The notes under the pieces: generated by a model | The model's database searches: none | Seen by the model: only the letters and a program-made list of their open reading frames with translations | Told to the model about the DNA's origin: nothing | Program-made: the position numbers and the translations under genes | Shown here: positions 1-12,700 of the stretch, one piece after another | Numbering within the stretch: the first letter of the stretch is position 1 | Layout of the letters: the number at the start of each line of letters is the position of its first letter | From: Macrostomum lignano | Taxonomy: Eukaryota | Length of the DNA stretch: 64,000 nucleotides | Reading direction: 5' to 3' | Assembly (NCBI GenBank): GCA_002269645.1 | Contig: NIVC01001010.1 | Location: forward strand, 124,001 to 188,000

Positions 1-1254
1 AAACTCAACAATCTCCCATCAAACTAAACTCAACAATCTCCCATCAAACTAAACTCAACAATCTCCCATCAAACTAAACTCAACAATCTCCTATCAAACT
101 AAACTCAACAATCTCCCATCAAACTAAACTCAACAATCTCCTATCAAACTAAACTCAACAATCTCCTATCAAACTAAACTCAACAATCTCCCATCAAACT
201 AAACTCAACAATCTCCCATCAAACTAAACTCAACAATCTCCCATCAAACTAAACTCAACAATCTCTCATCAAACTAAACTCAACAATCTCCCATCAAACT
301 AAACTCAACAATCTCCCATCAAACTAAACTCAACAATCTCCCATCAAACTAAACTCAACAATCTCCCATCAAACTAAACTCAACAATCTCCCATCAAACT
401 AAACTCAACAATCTCCCATCAAACTAAACTCAACAATCTCCCATCAAACTAAACTCAACAATCTCCCATCAAACTAAACTCAACAATCTCCCATCAAACT
501 AAACTCAACAATCTCCCATCAAACTAAACTCAACAATCTCCCATCAAACTAAACTCAACAATCTCCCATCAAACTAAACTCAACAATCTCCCATCAAACT
601 AAACTCAACAATCTCCCATCAAACTAAACTCAACAATCTCCCATCAAACTAAACTCAACAATCTCCCATCAAACTAAACTCAACAATCTCCCATCAAACT
701 AAACTCAACAATCTCCTATCAAACTAAACTCAACAATCTCCCATCAAACTAAACTCAACAATCTCCCATCAAACTAAACTCAACAATCTCCTATCAAACT
801 AAACTCAACAATCTCCCATCAAACTAAACTCAACAATATCCTATCAAACTAAACTCAACAATCTCCCATCAAACTAAACTCAACAATCTCCCATCAAACT
901 AAACTCAACAATCTCCCATCAAACTAAACTCAACAATCTCCCATCAAACTAAACTCAACAATCTCCCATCAAACTAAACTCAACAATCTCCCATCAAACT
1001 AAACTCAACAATCTCCCATCAAACTAAACTCAACAATCTCCCATCAAACTAAACTCAACAATCTCCTATCAAACTAAACTCAACAATCTCTCATCAAACT
1101 AAACTCAACAATCTCCCATCAAACTAAACTCAACAATCTCCCATCAAACTAAACTCAACAATCTCCCATCAAACTAAACTCAACAATCTCCTATCAAACT
1201 AAACTCAACAATCTCTCATCAAACTAAACTCAACAATCTCCCATCAAACTAAAC
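1..1254. repeat. 25-bp minisatellite (AAACTCAACAATCTCCCATCAAACT)n, ~50 copies, runs off the window start
   Basis: Period 25 read directly; only sporadic substitutions (ccc/cct/ctc). Confidence 0.97.
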
Positions 1255-2004
1255 CACATGCAATATACCGGTAATCACCCGTAATAACAGCAAGCAAGAC
1301 AAAATCTATAAGAACCGCTCTTTAAGTGAACTGAGCTAGGAAGTTGTTGCAAAGATGCTAAATTCTCTCACCCCCTTGCTGACTGGCTGAATGCCAAGCG
1401 GGGTGCCCAACTGGCCCTGTGCCCAGCGTAGTTCACGTGACTAACAACTAAGGCTGTTATAAATGCACAACTTCTGTTTATCAGACCAGATTCACACATA
1501 GGCACTCACAGATGTGTAAGCCTAAGGCATAAGTTGCAGATACTGTCTGGCACTTAGAATTACAAATATAAGTCTTCAGTTAGTATCCGGTTTTATATTG
1601 GCCAGGAATCTGGAATAGATCTAGCCTACTATATCAATTTATCTATTCCAGCCAATCTTCTGAAGATGGAACCGCTTGCGCATTGAATTCTCATCGGTGA
1701 GGGCTATTAGCAACACATCTCCGCAGCACTGACAGCGTGTGCGCGTTTCATCTGTTTTCGAATCTTTACGTATTGGATTGTCCCAGCGTCATCATTCCTG
1801 TTTTGTTGAATTATCCTTTCTTCTTATACTATTATTATAAGTTTCGATGTTTTTACTGCTTATCCAAGTTTAGTTTCAAAAAAATAATTTCAATTTTCTC
1901 GCTTATTTAATTTTAATTAGCTAGCTAATTCTGCTTATTCGGATTCCTTATGATCTCTCTAGTCCACATCATTTGCTGTTTCCACTGAGCACAGAACTGA
2001 AGTT

Positions 2005-2810
2005 AGGAGTTGGAGTTGGGGAGTTGGAGTTGGGGAATTGGAGTTGGGGAATTGGAGTTGGGGAGCTGGAGTTGGGGAATTGGAGTTGGGGAATTGGAGT
2101 TGGGGAATTGGAGTTGGGGAATTGGAGTTGGGGAATTGGAGTTGGGGAATTGGAGTTGGGGAATTGGAGTTGGGGAATCGGAGTTGGGGAATTGGAGTTG
2201 GGGAATTGGAGTTGGGGAATTGGAGTTGGGGAATTGGAGTTGGGGAATCGGAGTTGGGGAATTGGAGTTGGGGAATCGGAGTTGGGGAATTGGAGTTGGG
2301 GAATCGGAGTTGGGGAGCTGGAGTTGGGGAATCGGAGTTGGGGAATTGAGTTGGGGAATCGGAGTTGGGGAGCTGGAGTTGGGGAGCTGGAGTTGGGGAA
2401 TCGGAGTTGGGGAATTGGAGTTGGGGAATCGGAGTTGGGGAGCTGGAGTTGGGGAGTTGGAGTTGGGGAGCTGGAGTTGGGGAATTGGAGTTGGGGAGTT
2501 GGAGTTGGGGAATCGGAATTGGGGAGCTGGAGTTGGGGAATCGGAATTGGGGAGCTGGAGTTGGGGAGTTGGAGTTGGGGAATCGGAGTTGGGGAGCTGG
2601 AGTTGGGGAATCGGAGTTGGGGAATCGGAGTTGGGGAGCTGGAGTTGGGGAGTTGGAGTTGGGGAATCGGAGTTGGGGAGCTGGAGTTGGGGAGCTGGAG
2701 TTGGGGAATCGGATTTGGGGAGCTGGAGTTGGGGAATCGGAGTTGGGGAGCTGGAGTTGGGGAATTGGAGTTGGGGAACTGGAGTTGGGGAATTGGAGTT
2801 GGGGATTGGA
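2005..2810. repeat. ~14-15-bp G-rich minisatellite (GGAGTTGGGG[G]AATT/AGCT/AATC)n
   Basis: Seen directly; explains the spurious ORFs at 1959-2921. Confidence 0.95.
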
Positions 2811-3733
2811 GTTCTTGAAATTAAAAGCCAGCAATGTACTTACTCGACCAATATACACTATGATATGCTCTATTGGTCCATGCTAAGCAGGCTTGTCAGT
2901 TTCACTAATACACCTCCGTGACAGCATTAGAACCTTTGTTAGTGGCTTATCGCTTCGCAGAATTAAAATGATATGAAATTGAAAATGCGCTTTCTGTAAT
3001 TTCTTTTTTTCTACTCTTACTTCGCTCTATTACTAGACGTATGGCTGATTTCCTGAGTAAATTAAAGAGTAGATATTCTGGGTATACTACTAACTTGCCA
3101 CTAATAAAATACACGTCAACTTGTTTATCCAGCAGAAGTTGTCAATTACGATTAGGAAGTCACTGCGACTTTATTTATTCGTTTATTTATTGTCTCTCGT
3201 AATAATCTAAATCTGCCGCAGTAGTTTTAATTGCACTTAGTGTAGAGTATAATAAACAATACTGTAGGTGTATTCAAAAGTATAAAAAAATGATATTAAA
3301 GTCAGCCGCATTCAGATTCAGATGGCATCCAATACTTATCAAATAAGAATAAAAGCATTTTCGAGACTATAAAGAGTAAGTGAAGTGTTTTCCGTTGTTG
3401 TGGTAAACCGCACAAAAATTCTCAACTTTCCTACTGTAAGTAGCCAACATAGAATTAAAACGGAAAATTTAAATTCGCAGCAGGCTCGGCAGAGGCATTG
3501 GCGTCCTTCGCTAATGCTAACTGTCGAAGACCGCAGTCCTCGCCAGCGTCGCAGTCGCAGCCGGCCAAGTCGGTGCCGATTTCAGAGTTAAGAGCACCGA
3601 GCTCAGAAGCTGCGGCGACCGCGGCAGCGACGCTTCTATATAAAGATAATTGGCAATATTTTTACGCGCGAATATACCGAATGTATAAAAAACGATTTTT
3701 CTGCATCATGCTACTTGCAGTAGTTAAAATTAT

Positions 3734-6700
3734 TCACCTGGCAGAGTTGGTCGAACGCTTGAAAAGTGTCGGCAGTCGAAGACTCGGACCTCCTCCGCCC
3801 TGCTTGCCTCTGTCGGCACTCTCTCCAGCTGCTTCTGCGTCAGACTCCAACAGCGGCTGCCGCTGTTGTTTGATTGGCGCCTCAGCTGGCGGCATGCGAT
3901 AGTTGTGATGCCGGCGGTGTCTGACTTGGCGGCGATGGTGCCTGCCGTGCTCGCAGCTGGCACCGTCTCTGCCGATTCGCTGCAGCTCGTCTGTCTGCGC
4001 TGGCTGCTTAGTTTCGTCTAGCTGTGGTATATACGAGTAGTTGATTTGTTTATTTATGTTTATATATAACTTTTTACCTACTGACAGTAGTAAGATTCAG
4101 ACTTCATCCTTTTTGAAAAGTTGGCACAAAATAATAAAAGCCAAAAAGGAAAATTTGATCACTATATCGGTACTTAATAGCATTAAACAAATGAAATGAA
4201 ACAAAGCGCTTTTTAAAACGGTACATATCCTATGCTCAAATATTCCCAATTCATGTCAAACTGTATCAAAGCGCTACGAAAACCATCTGTGTCAGATGCT
4301 GTAAGTGTCCATCTGTGTCAGATGCTGTAAGTGTGTCCGTCTGTGTCAGATGCTGTAAGTGTGTCCGTCTGTGTCAGATGCTGTAAGTGTCTATCTGCGT
4401 CAGATGCTGTAAGTGTCTATCTGTGTCAGATGCTGTAAGTGTCCATCTGTGTCAGATGCTGTAAGTGTCTATCTGTGTCAGATGCTGTAAGTGTGTCCGT
4501 CTGTGTCAGATGCTGTAAGTGTGTCCGTCTGTGTCAGATGCTGTAAGTGTCTATCTGTGTCAGATGCTGTAAGTGTCCATCTGTTTCAGATGCTGTAAGT
4601 GTCCATCTGTTTCAGATGCTGTAAGTGTCTATCTGTGTCAGATGCTGTAAGCGTCCATCTGTTTCAGATGCTGTAAGTGTCTATCTGTGTCAGATGCTGC
4701 AAATTCCTAGTGAAACAGTAAAGCGACCAAATGATTAAAAATAGTTGAAGAGTAAAAGAGGGCCAAACGGGATCGAAAAGGAAAATTGGCAAGCTGTGGC
4801 GGCGGGGGGTTCGCAAGGATCGGGTTGGGCGCGGGGGATTTCGGGGGGGGGGGGCAAAGACCTATTTTTTGCCTCCGGCCCTCCCGTCAGCCCCGCTAAA
4901 GCTTCCTCCTGCGCAATATTTGGCTTTTAGAGAGGGGAGAAGGGGCCAAATCAAGTGGGGAAGGCGCGGGCGAAGACCGGACTGGAATTATCCCATAGGT
5001 CCTGCATGCTAAATATGTACGAGCGTATATTGGGGGAGAAAAATCCCCACGAGAATTGGAGCTCAGCTCATTATGCACCAGCAAGCTCGCTTCATTTGTG
5101 CCTGGCTTTGATAGAGCTAGATGGAAACGGGCCGCCTGCTGAAGCCGAATTAACTTTGCTGAGGCTGTGCGTGAGCTGCGGATTGCGGCTTGGATTTCCC
5201 TTGCGCTGCGGTGCAGTCCTGCCGCCTGTCTGCTTCTGTGCCGCCTGTCTGCTTTTGTGCCGCCTGTCTGCTTCTGTGCCGCCTGTCTGCTTTTGTGCCG
5301 CCTGTCTGCTTTTGTGCCGCCTGTCTGCTTCTGTGCCGCCTGTCTGCGATTCTATCTGCCTGCGATTCTGTCTGTCTGCAATTCTGTCTGTCTGCGATTC
5401 TGTCTGTCTGCAATTCTGTCTGTCTGCAATTCTGTCTGTCTGCAATTCTGTCTGTCTGCAATTCTGTCTGTCTGCAATTCTGTCTGTCTGCAATTCTGTC
5501 TCTCTGCAATTCTGTCTGTCTGCAATTCTGTCTGTCTGCAATTCTGTCTCTCTGCAATTCTGTCTGTCTGCAATTCTGTCTCTCTGCAATTCTGTCTGTC
5601 TGCAATTCTGTCTCTCTGCAATTCTGTCTCTCTGCAATTCTGTCTGTCTGCAATTCTGTCTCTCTGCATTCTGTCTGTCTGCAATTCTGTCTCTCTGCAA
5701 TTCTGTCTGTCTGCAATTCTGTCTCTCTGCAATTCTGTCTGTCTGCAATTCTGTCTCTCTGCAATTCTGTCTGTCTGCAATTCTGTCTCTCTGCAATTCT
5801 GTCTCTCTTGGCTTCCTCAGAGATTCCTCATTAGCTGAATTGAGACAAACCGTGGCGCCATTGTGGCAACCAAGTCGAATTTATCAACCTGTTTTACTCC
5901 TTACACGCCTTAGCAACAATTGCTAATAATTTTAATTCTCATCAACATATTTTTATACTTAATTTTAATAAGTTTAGGCGACTAATAAGTTTGCTCTGAC
6001 CATTTTTGACAATAGATTGATTGTAATGATGGCAATCGGAACCACTTGAGGCAAGAGCTGGATTGATTAAAGAAAGCGAGTGAGATAATCTATAGGCTGG
6101 AACAATAGTTAAGAATGGCCTATATTATACACGTATAGCTAAGATATGTAATTATAGGGCATTAGCATACACCATGTAATTCCATGACACTGTTCAAACA
6201 CGACTAAGTGTTGCGCAATAACTCCTAATTATTAATAGGGTGCAGTGTTTTCTTTTCATTGTCTTTTTAACTGTATCTTTTCTGCACGAACTTTTAGCAC
6301 CCCCTGAATTTTCCGCAAAATGCACACACAAGCAGAAATACCGAGCCCTCATATTAAATTTTTCACCCTGAAAGGGCTAAAGCCGGCAGCAATTGAGGAG
6401 AAGATAAAGTCTGTACTCCACAACTTGTCCCTCTCTGCGTAATATCGAGCGACTTTACAACGAATTCAAGCGTAGCAGGGTGAGCCATAAAAGTTGAGGC
6501 AGTAGCGCGCACTGTGGGCATCTCAGCTGGGTCAGTGGATGGCATCCTGCGCAAGATCTTGGGCTGTTTCTTCTGAGACTGTCAGGGGATCCTGCTCGCC
6601 GAGTACCTGTCTGTTAGGCACACTGTCACAGGTGTCTGGTCCGCCGAACAGCTGGGCCGGTTTCGTCAGGCAGTGGTCCAGAAGAAGCGGGGGAAGCTGA

Positions 6701-9700
6701 GTGCTGGCCCCCTTGCTGCTTCACGACAATGCCTCAGCTCACACTGCCCAGGTTGCGGTGAATGCTGCCACCACTGCGGGGTTCGAAATCCTCCCACATC
6801 CGGCCTATTCACCAGACCTGGCACCCTCCGATTTTCATCTATTCCGTCAGCTCAAGCGGCCACTCCATGGGCACCGCTTCGAGTCCAAAGAAGAGGTCAT
6901 CACCCTCGCTAACCAGTGGCTACTTCAGAAAAGACTTACTATGAAGTTTTAAAAAAATTACCGAAATTTTACTGCCTATCCTTCCCACTCTACAGCATAG
7001 AAAAAAAACAGTTTGCGTAGGCCTAGACAAAAACTAGCTTTCATGCGCAAATAGTTCCACTTGTGTCAGTAGAGAGATTGGCATGCCAGGAACGAATGCT
7101 TTATGAAAACGAATGTTTAATTAAAGCGGTTACAGAATTTTCTACATAATAAAAGCTACCCAGACTTGCCTAACTCCAACTCTGGTTTCTCTTCATTCCA
7201 CGATTAAATCTTTCGCCTTTTACTAAAGATTTCCGTGGAGGGATACTCTTAGGAGAATTCTCTAGTTTTTGCAGCCCTTTCCTAGAAAGGCTTATTGGAA
7301 GTTGAATAGTTTAGACTAGCCTAGCTTAGCTCTTGAAAGTACTTTAGTTAGCCTTCCATTCCACTGTACATTTGTTTTTATCTCTACCCCACCCCTAGTC
7401 TTATCTTGCAGTCGCCCCACCCCTCTCAGCGAGCGCACTTTGTGTGCCTCCTGACTCATTAGTTAGTTGTAGTTTAGGTTTAGTTTGAGTGTACCCAAAT
7501 AATCACGCCATATGGCTGCAAATCGCGCCAGCGCTAAAAAGATGGACTGCCGGCCCTCTCTCGAGCACCGGTATCGTCCGAACGAAGCCTACGGTCGCCA
7601 GCTTCTTGGACTGACGCCGACAGCTGAGCCATCGACTGCGCAGGCCTGATGCGAGCTCGACGCAGTCTGGAAGGCCGCCACTCGATCAGCCCACCGGCCG
7701 GCGAGCTCTTGCGCAACGCAGAGGAGATCCTGCGAGAGAATGAGCAGCTGCCGGAGGCTGCAGGCGCAGAGGCAGAGCAGCGCATGTCTCTCGACTGCGA
7801 CGAGCCAGGCCAGAAAAGCGCCCTGCCATCCAACGAGGCCGCAGCAACCACCGAGCCACCAACTGCCGAGTCCAGCGAGCTCGGTGCGGCAGCGGCAGCG
7901 CCGACGTCTGAGGAGCGCCAGCAATCGGCTGCAGACCAGGCCTCGACGCTGCCAAAGCCCCCTGCCGAGCAACTGGACGCTGACATCAGTCAAATCATCT
8001 TCCCTGATGAGCCTGACTTGACTGACTGTCAGCAGACGATCTACGCCAGCGACAGCACCATCATCTATGCGCCCAAGTTCCTGAGCGAGGTCGCGGACCA
8101 AGTCTACGAGCGCCTGATCACCGACCTGCTGCCTCTGGCCTTTCAGCATCGTCCGAGTGAGCAGCGCCGCGTCTACTGGATCGGCCCGTCGTACACCTAC
8201 AGCGGGGTTGAGCTGAAGGAAAATCTAGACTGGCATCAGGTAATTGAAGACATTCGTGACTTCATTTACCATGATACCCAGTTCGATGTCCCGAAGTTCA
8301 ACTCCGTGTTGGTGAACTTCTACACCGAGCCGGGAGACCGGATTCCCTGGCACTCGGACGATGAGGATGAGCTCGGCGACAGGCCGACGATCGCGACCGT
8401 GTCCTTCGGCGCTGAGCGGCTGTTCATGCTGCGCCGTCGGGACGGCAACGTGACGCACCGCTTTCCAACGCTGCCAGGCTCGCTGATTCTGATGGCAGGA
8501 AACTGCCAGAAACGCCTGCAGCACCAGGTGCCCGCCGCCCACTCTCAGAATGGCGTCCGCATCTCGCTAACATTCCGTGTCACCAAGCCGGAGCTGCGGC
8601 GCAAGCGGCTCTGCCGGATGACCCGACCTACAGCCAGCCGCTCAACGGCGGCCCATTCGGCGACGACCAAGGCGGTCGGGACGACGACCAAGGCGGCCAC
8701 GACGACGACCAGGGCGGCCGGGGCGACGACAGGCCCCAGGAGCGGCAGGCGACGGCGACGCGAGACCGCGAAGGCGATCGGGGTCGGCGCGGCCGTGGCG
8801 GCCACCAGCGAGGCAGGCGAGGAGGTCGCGGCGCGGCGTCCGGTGCGGCGGCGGCTTCGGCGGCTTCCTGGCCGGCCGGTGCGGCGGCGGCTTCGGCGAC
8901 AAGCGCGCAGGCGGCTGCGGCAGCGCGGCCCTACGCGCAGGTTGCGGCGCGCCCTGCGCCGCCCAGAAGGCCCCAGGCTGCCATCCCGCCGATCGTTTTT
9001 GAGGTGCACCGGGACGCGGCCAACAAGCTGATGCAGTTCGTTGCCTGGCTGCAGACCAACTTTGCCGGCGAAGCTAGAGCCGTCAACACTGCGCCGATGG
9101 CGAATCAGCCGGCCTATCTCGTGTTCCCAGCGTCGGAGCGGGACTACAACGTCTTCCTGGGCGGCGCGCTGCGCGAGGAGAAGCTGCTCGAGCATCCCGT
9201 AAAGCGCCGTCCAGCCCGAGCCCGACCGCTGGACAACAGAACAGGGCCCGACAGAGTGCAGCAGCAGCCGGTACGCACCTTCGTCGCTACTGAGGTGCCC
9301 CTCGCATTCTCGGAGGCTGACTTCGCGACCCTGTTGCGCGGCACGCTCAAGCTGGACATTGTCAGCGTCCACAGAATCCGAGCCAGAGCGACTGGGAAGG
9401 CAACCCAGTTCGTGCGCATCTTCACAAAGTCGGCGATGACCTACGAGAAGTGCCTCCGCGATGGCATCTGCACCGACTTCTTGAAGTTCAACTGCGAGGA
9501 CAGCCGCACAGACGAGCCGGTCCGCGCTCTGCAATGCCAGCGCTGCCAGGAGTTCGGCCACCGCGCTGCTCAGTGTCGGGGGCAGCAGCGCTGCCGGATT
9601 TGCGGCGGCCAGCATTCCTGGAAGGAGTGCCAGCACGAGGGCCCAGCGGTCTGCGCCAACTGCGGCGGCTCGCACCGAACCACCAGTCGAGCCTGCACCG

Positions 9701-12700
9701 TCGCCAAGGCGGAGCACGACAAGGCGACCAGAGCGGCTGCTGAGGCCAAAGCCGCGGCGCGAGCTGCGGAAGCTGCGGCCGCTGCTGCCCCAGTGTCAAG
9801 TGAGACCGACGACGCCGCCGCCGACGACGACTCCGACAGCGGCTGGCTGATCCGCCGAGGCAGGCGCACGGTGCCGGTACCCGCCGCGATCCGGCCGCTT
9901 GTCATCGTGACCGATGATGCCAGGAGCGCTCCGGCGGCAGAGACCGAGTCTGATGTCAATGCGACTGCTCCGTCAGCTGATGCCGGCCAGGCGGTGCAGC
10001 TGCAGCTTAGTGACTTTATGTCGGTGGTGAGCATGCTGTTGCCCCTGATCACCCGCTCTCTGACTCAAGTGGTTGTGCAGGCCCTGTCCCGACCGCCTGG
10101 GGAGGTCCTCACTGTGGAATCAACCAGTAAAATGGTTGAGGACATTGTGCGGGCTGCACTCCAGGAAGTGCCGGGCATGGCTGGCATGACCACTGAGTCC
10201 TAGTCTCAGGCAGCTAAACTCAAGACTTGAATTGAAACTTCAGTGCGTTAACTGTAGACTCAAACAATCAAACCACAGCCCTGAAGATTATGCATTTAAA
10301 CTGCAGGGGATTCAACCCGAAAATCAGAGAGCTGACACAGTGGGTCGTCAGTCAGGAGCTAGACATTGCCCTCTTTTCTGAGACCATTCTCAAAAGTTGT
10401 CACACTGTCCAGATTCCCGGGTACTCCATCATTCGGTATGATACCCCGCAAGTCAAACGCGGGCTTCTCCTTGCCCACTCTCCTCGCGTCAAACTCACAA
10501 ATGTGCGCTTGCAGTATGACAATGTCAACCATGAAGCCATCTCTTGCACCGTGAGCTTGTCTGACAACTCTGGTCCTGACTTCAATCTCGCTCTGGTGTA
10601 CAGGTCTCCAGCACCGTACCATCTGAACCTGAACCTACTAAAAATCTTCTCTCTCGTAGGCGCAGTGTGCTCATGGGTGACCTCAATGCCAGACACCGCT
10701 TCCTCGGGGTGACAGCAGCAACAACATGGCTGGCTACCAGCTGCACGACTGGCTGTCTGAGGGCCCCACCTCGCCCACCATTCTCAATCAAGCCGGTCAG
10801 TTCACCAGACTGGCCACCAAAAACGGGCTGATTTCTAGGAATGTCTTGGACCTCGCCCTGGCCACTGAGGACTTTCTCCCATTTGTGCAGGACTTTGAGG
10901 TGGGTCCTGACCTGGGCAGTGACCACTTACCTATAATCCTCACGCTCAATATTCAGTCGAAGAAATGGGCTGGTCCCCCCAGACCCAAAAACTTCTCAAA
11001 AACAAACTGGGACGAGTTCAGACTCAAAATCAGTGAAGCTTTGAGCTCAGATCAGAATATTAAATTATCAAATGCTGACCAAATCAATGCCGAAGTGGAT
11101 CACATCACAAAGGCCATTCACACCGTGATTGACTCCACAGTACCAGACTGTGGTGCCAAAAACGCCCTACCCAAGTACATCCTCGACCTGATCAAAGAGC
11201 GCAGACGACTCAGACGCCTCTTCTTCAGCACACGGGATCAAAATTTCAAAACCCAAGCAAACCAGCTCGCAAATCGCATAAAGAGAGAAATTAACTCCTT
11301 CCAGAATGGAAAGCTCACCAAAGTCTGTGAGAGTATTGTTGAAAACAGCAAGAACAAGAAAGTGAAGAATTTCTGGCATGACACTAAAAAGCTGATGGGC
11401 AAATTTAAGCCAACCTCGATCCCCAGCCTCACCCTGGGTCAAACAACTGCGCACACAGATCTGGAGAAGGCTAACCTTCTAGCCGAGACTCTGGACTCAA
11501 AGATGCGCCCAGTCCCTTCCACATGCGAACAGCTCAAACGTGAGGTGGCCGATGTGGCACAGCTCACCTCATTCTACCCCGTTCCTGAGGGAATCGAACC
11601 CATCGAGACCACCCACTTGATGCTGCATTCTCTGTGGCAGACACAGTGTGGGAACTGGAGCACCTCAGGCCTGATGGAGCACCCGGGCTGGACAAGATTC
11701 CCAACTGCGTCCTCAAGCTGGGCTTAGAGGGGGTGGCAATCACGAGACTCACTAACCTCTTCAACGCCTGCTACGGTCGAGGGATTTTCCCCAGCGCCTG
11801 GAAGAAAGCTGTGGTGACAATGATCCCCAAGCCGGACAAACCGCCCGAACACCCCAACTCCTACAGACCAATCAGCCTGACCTCATGTCTGGGCAAAGTG
11901 TTTGAGAAGCTTATAGCAAAAAGACTCACCAAGCACCTTGAGGATAATAAGACCCTAGGAGATGACCAATGCGCCTACCGCAAAATTCACTCCACGTATG
12001 ACAACCTGTGCCGTCTGGCACAAGATGTCATGGTAGCAAAGTGCAAAGCTAAAAAGTCCGCTGCAGTCTTCCTGGATGCAGAGGCAGCTTTTGACTCCAC
12101 CTGGCACGACAAGATCAGGCATAGCATGCTCACCGATGGTTTTCCACCTATGCTCATGCGAATCCTGTCTGACTACCTGCGAGACAGACAGATCCAGGTT
12201 CGAATCGAGGGGGCCCTAAGCGATCCCCACACCATCCAGGCTGGCGTCCCTCAGGGAGGCATTCTGAGCCCTCTCCTGTACCTCCTCTTCGTCAGCTCAA
12301 TGCCGACTCCCACCATCTCAAGCGTCAAACGCAGTCAATTCGCAGACGACATGGCCGTCTGGGCCTCAGCAGACACCTTTGCGGGGCTCCGAACATCCCT
12401 TCAAAGCTACCTCAGACGAGTCTTTGACTGGTGCGGTAAACAAGGCATTAGACTGAATGCCGGTAAAAGCAAAGCAATCGCTTTCAACTACAAACCCACT
12501 AGGCGCATGGACTTGCGACCCAAACTGTATCTGGGGGACACTGAGGTTCCGTACTGTCAGGAGGTGAAATTCCTGGGTGTCCTCCTTGACCAGAGCCTCT
12601 GCCTGAACAAACATGTGGACAACATGGCAGATACCAGCAGAGCCATTGTAATGTCACTGTGCAGAATTGCAAAAATGACAAAGCTGAGTAGCACCACCCT

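Noticed and set aside
1690-1800. Possible small minus-strand terminal exon ending ...AAEMCC*
   Set aside because: Too short, no recognisable homology, and no supported upstream exon.
1959-2921. Long repetitive ORFs (also 4955-5926, 19764-20960, 28704-32546, 40226-40825, 50500-51596)
   Set aside because: They are open in several frames and on both strands only because the repeat unit lacks stops. They lie in introns or intergenic minisatellites.
7060-7177. snRNA promoter (PSE) upstream of U5, and a 3' box downstream
   Set aside because: These elements are lineage-specific and I cannot identify them without other snRNA genes for comparison.
7225-7500. Repeated 5' segments (7225, 13667, 15846) as LTRs or a long target-site duplication
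   Set aside because: The element encodes APE+RT with a non-LTR tail, and each repeat is followed by its own uORF/ORF1 sequence. They are 5' ends of separate tandem copies.
8416-9031. Programmed -1 ribosomal frameshift between AlkB and the rest of ORF1
   Set aside because: No X XXY YYZ slippery site is evident, and three similar single-base losses occur in ORF2. An indel error or mutation is simpler. Not fully excluded without other copies.
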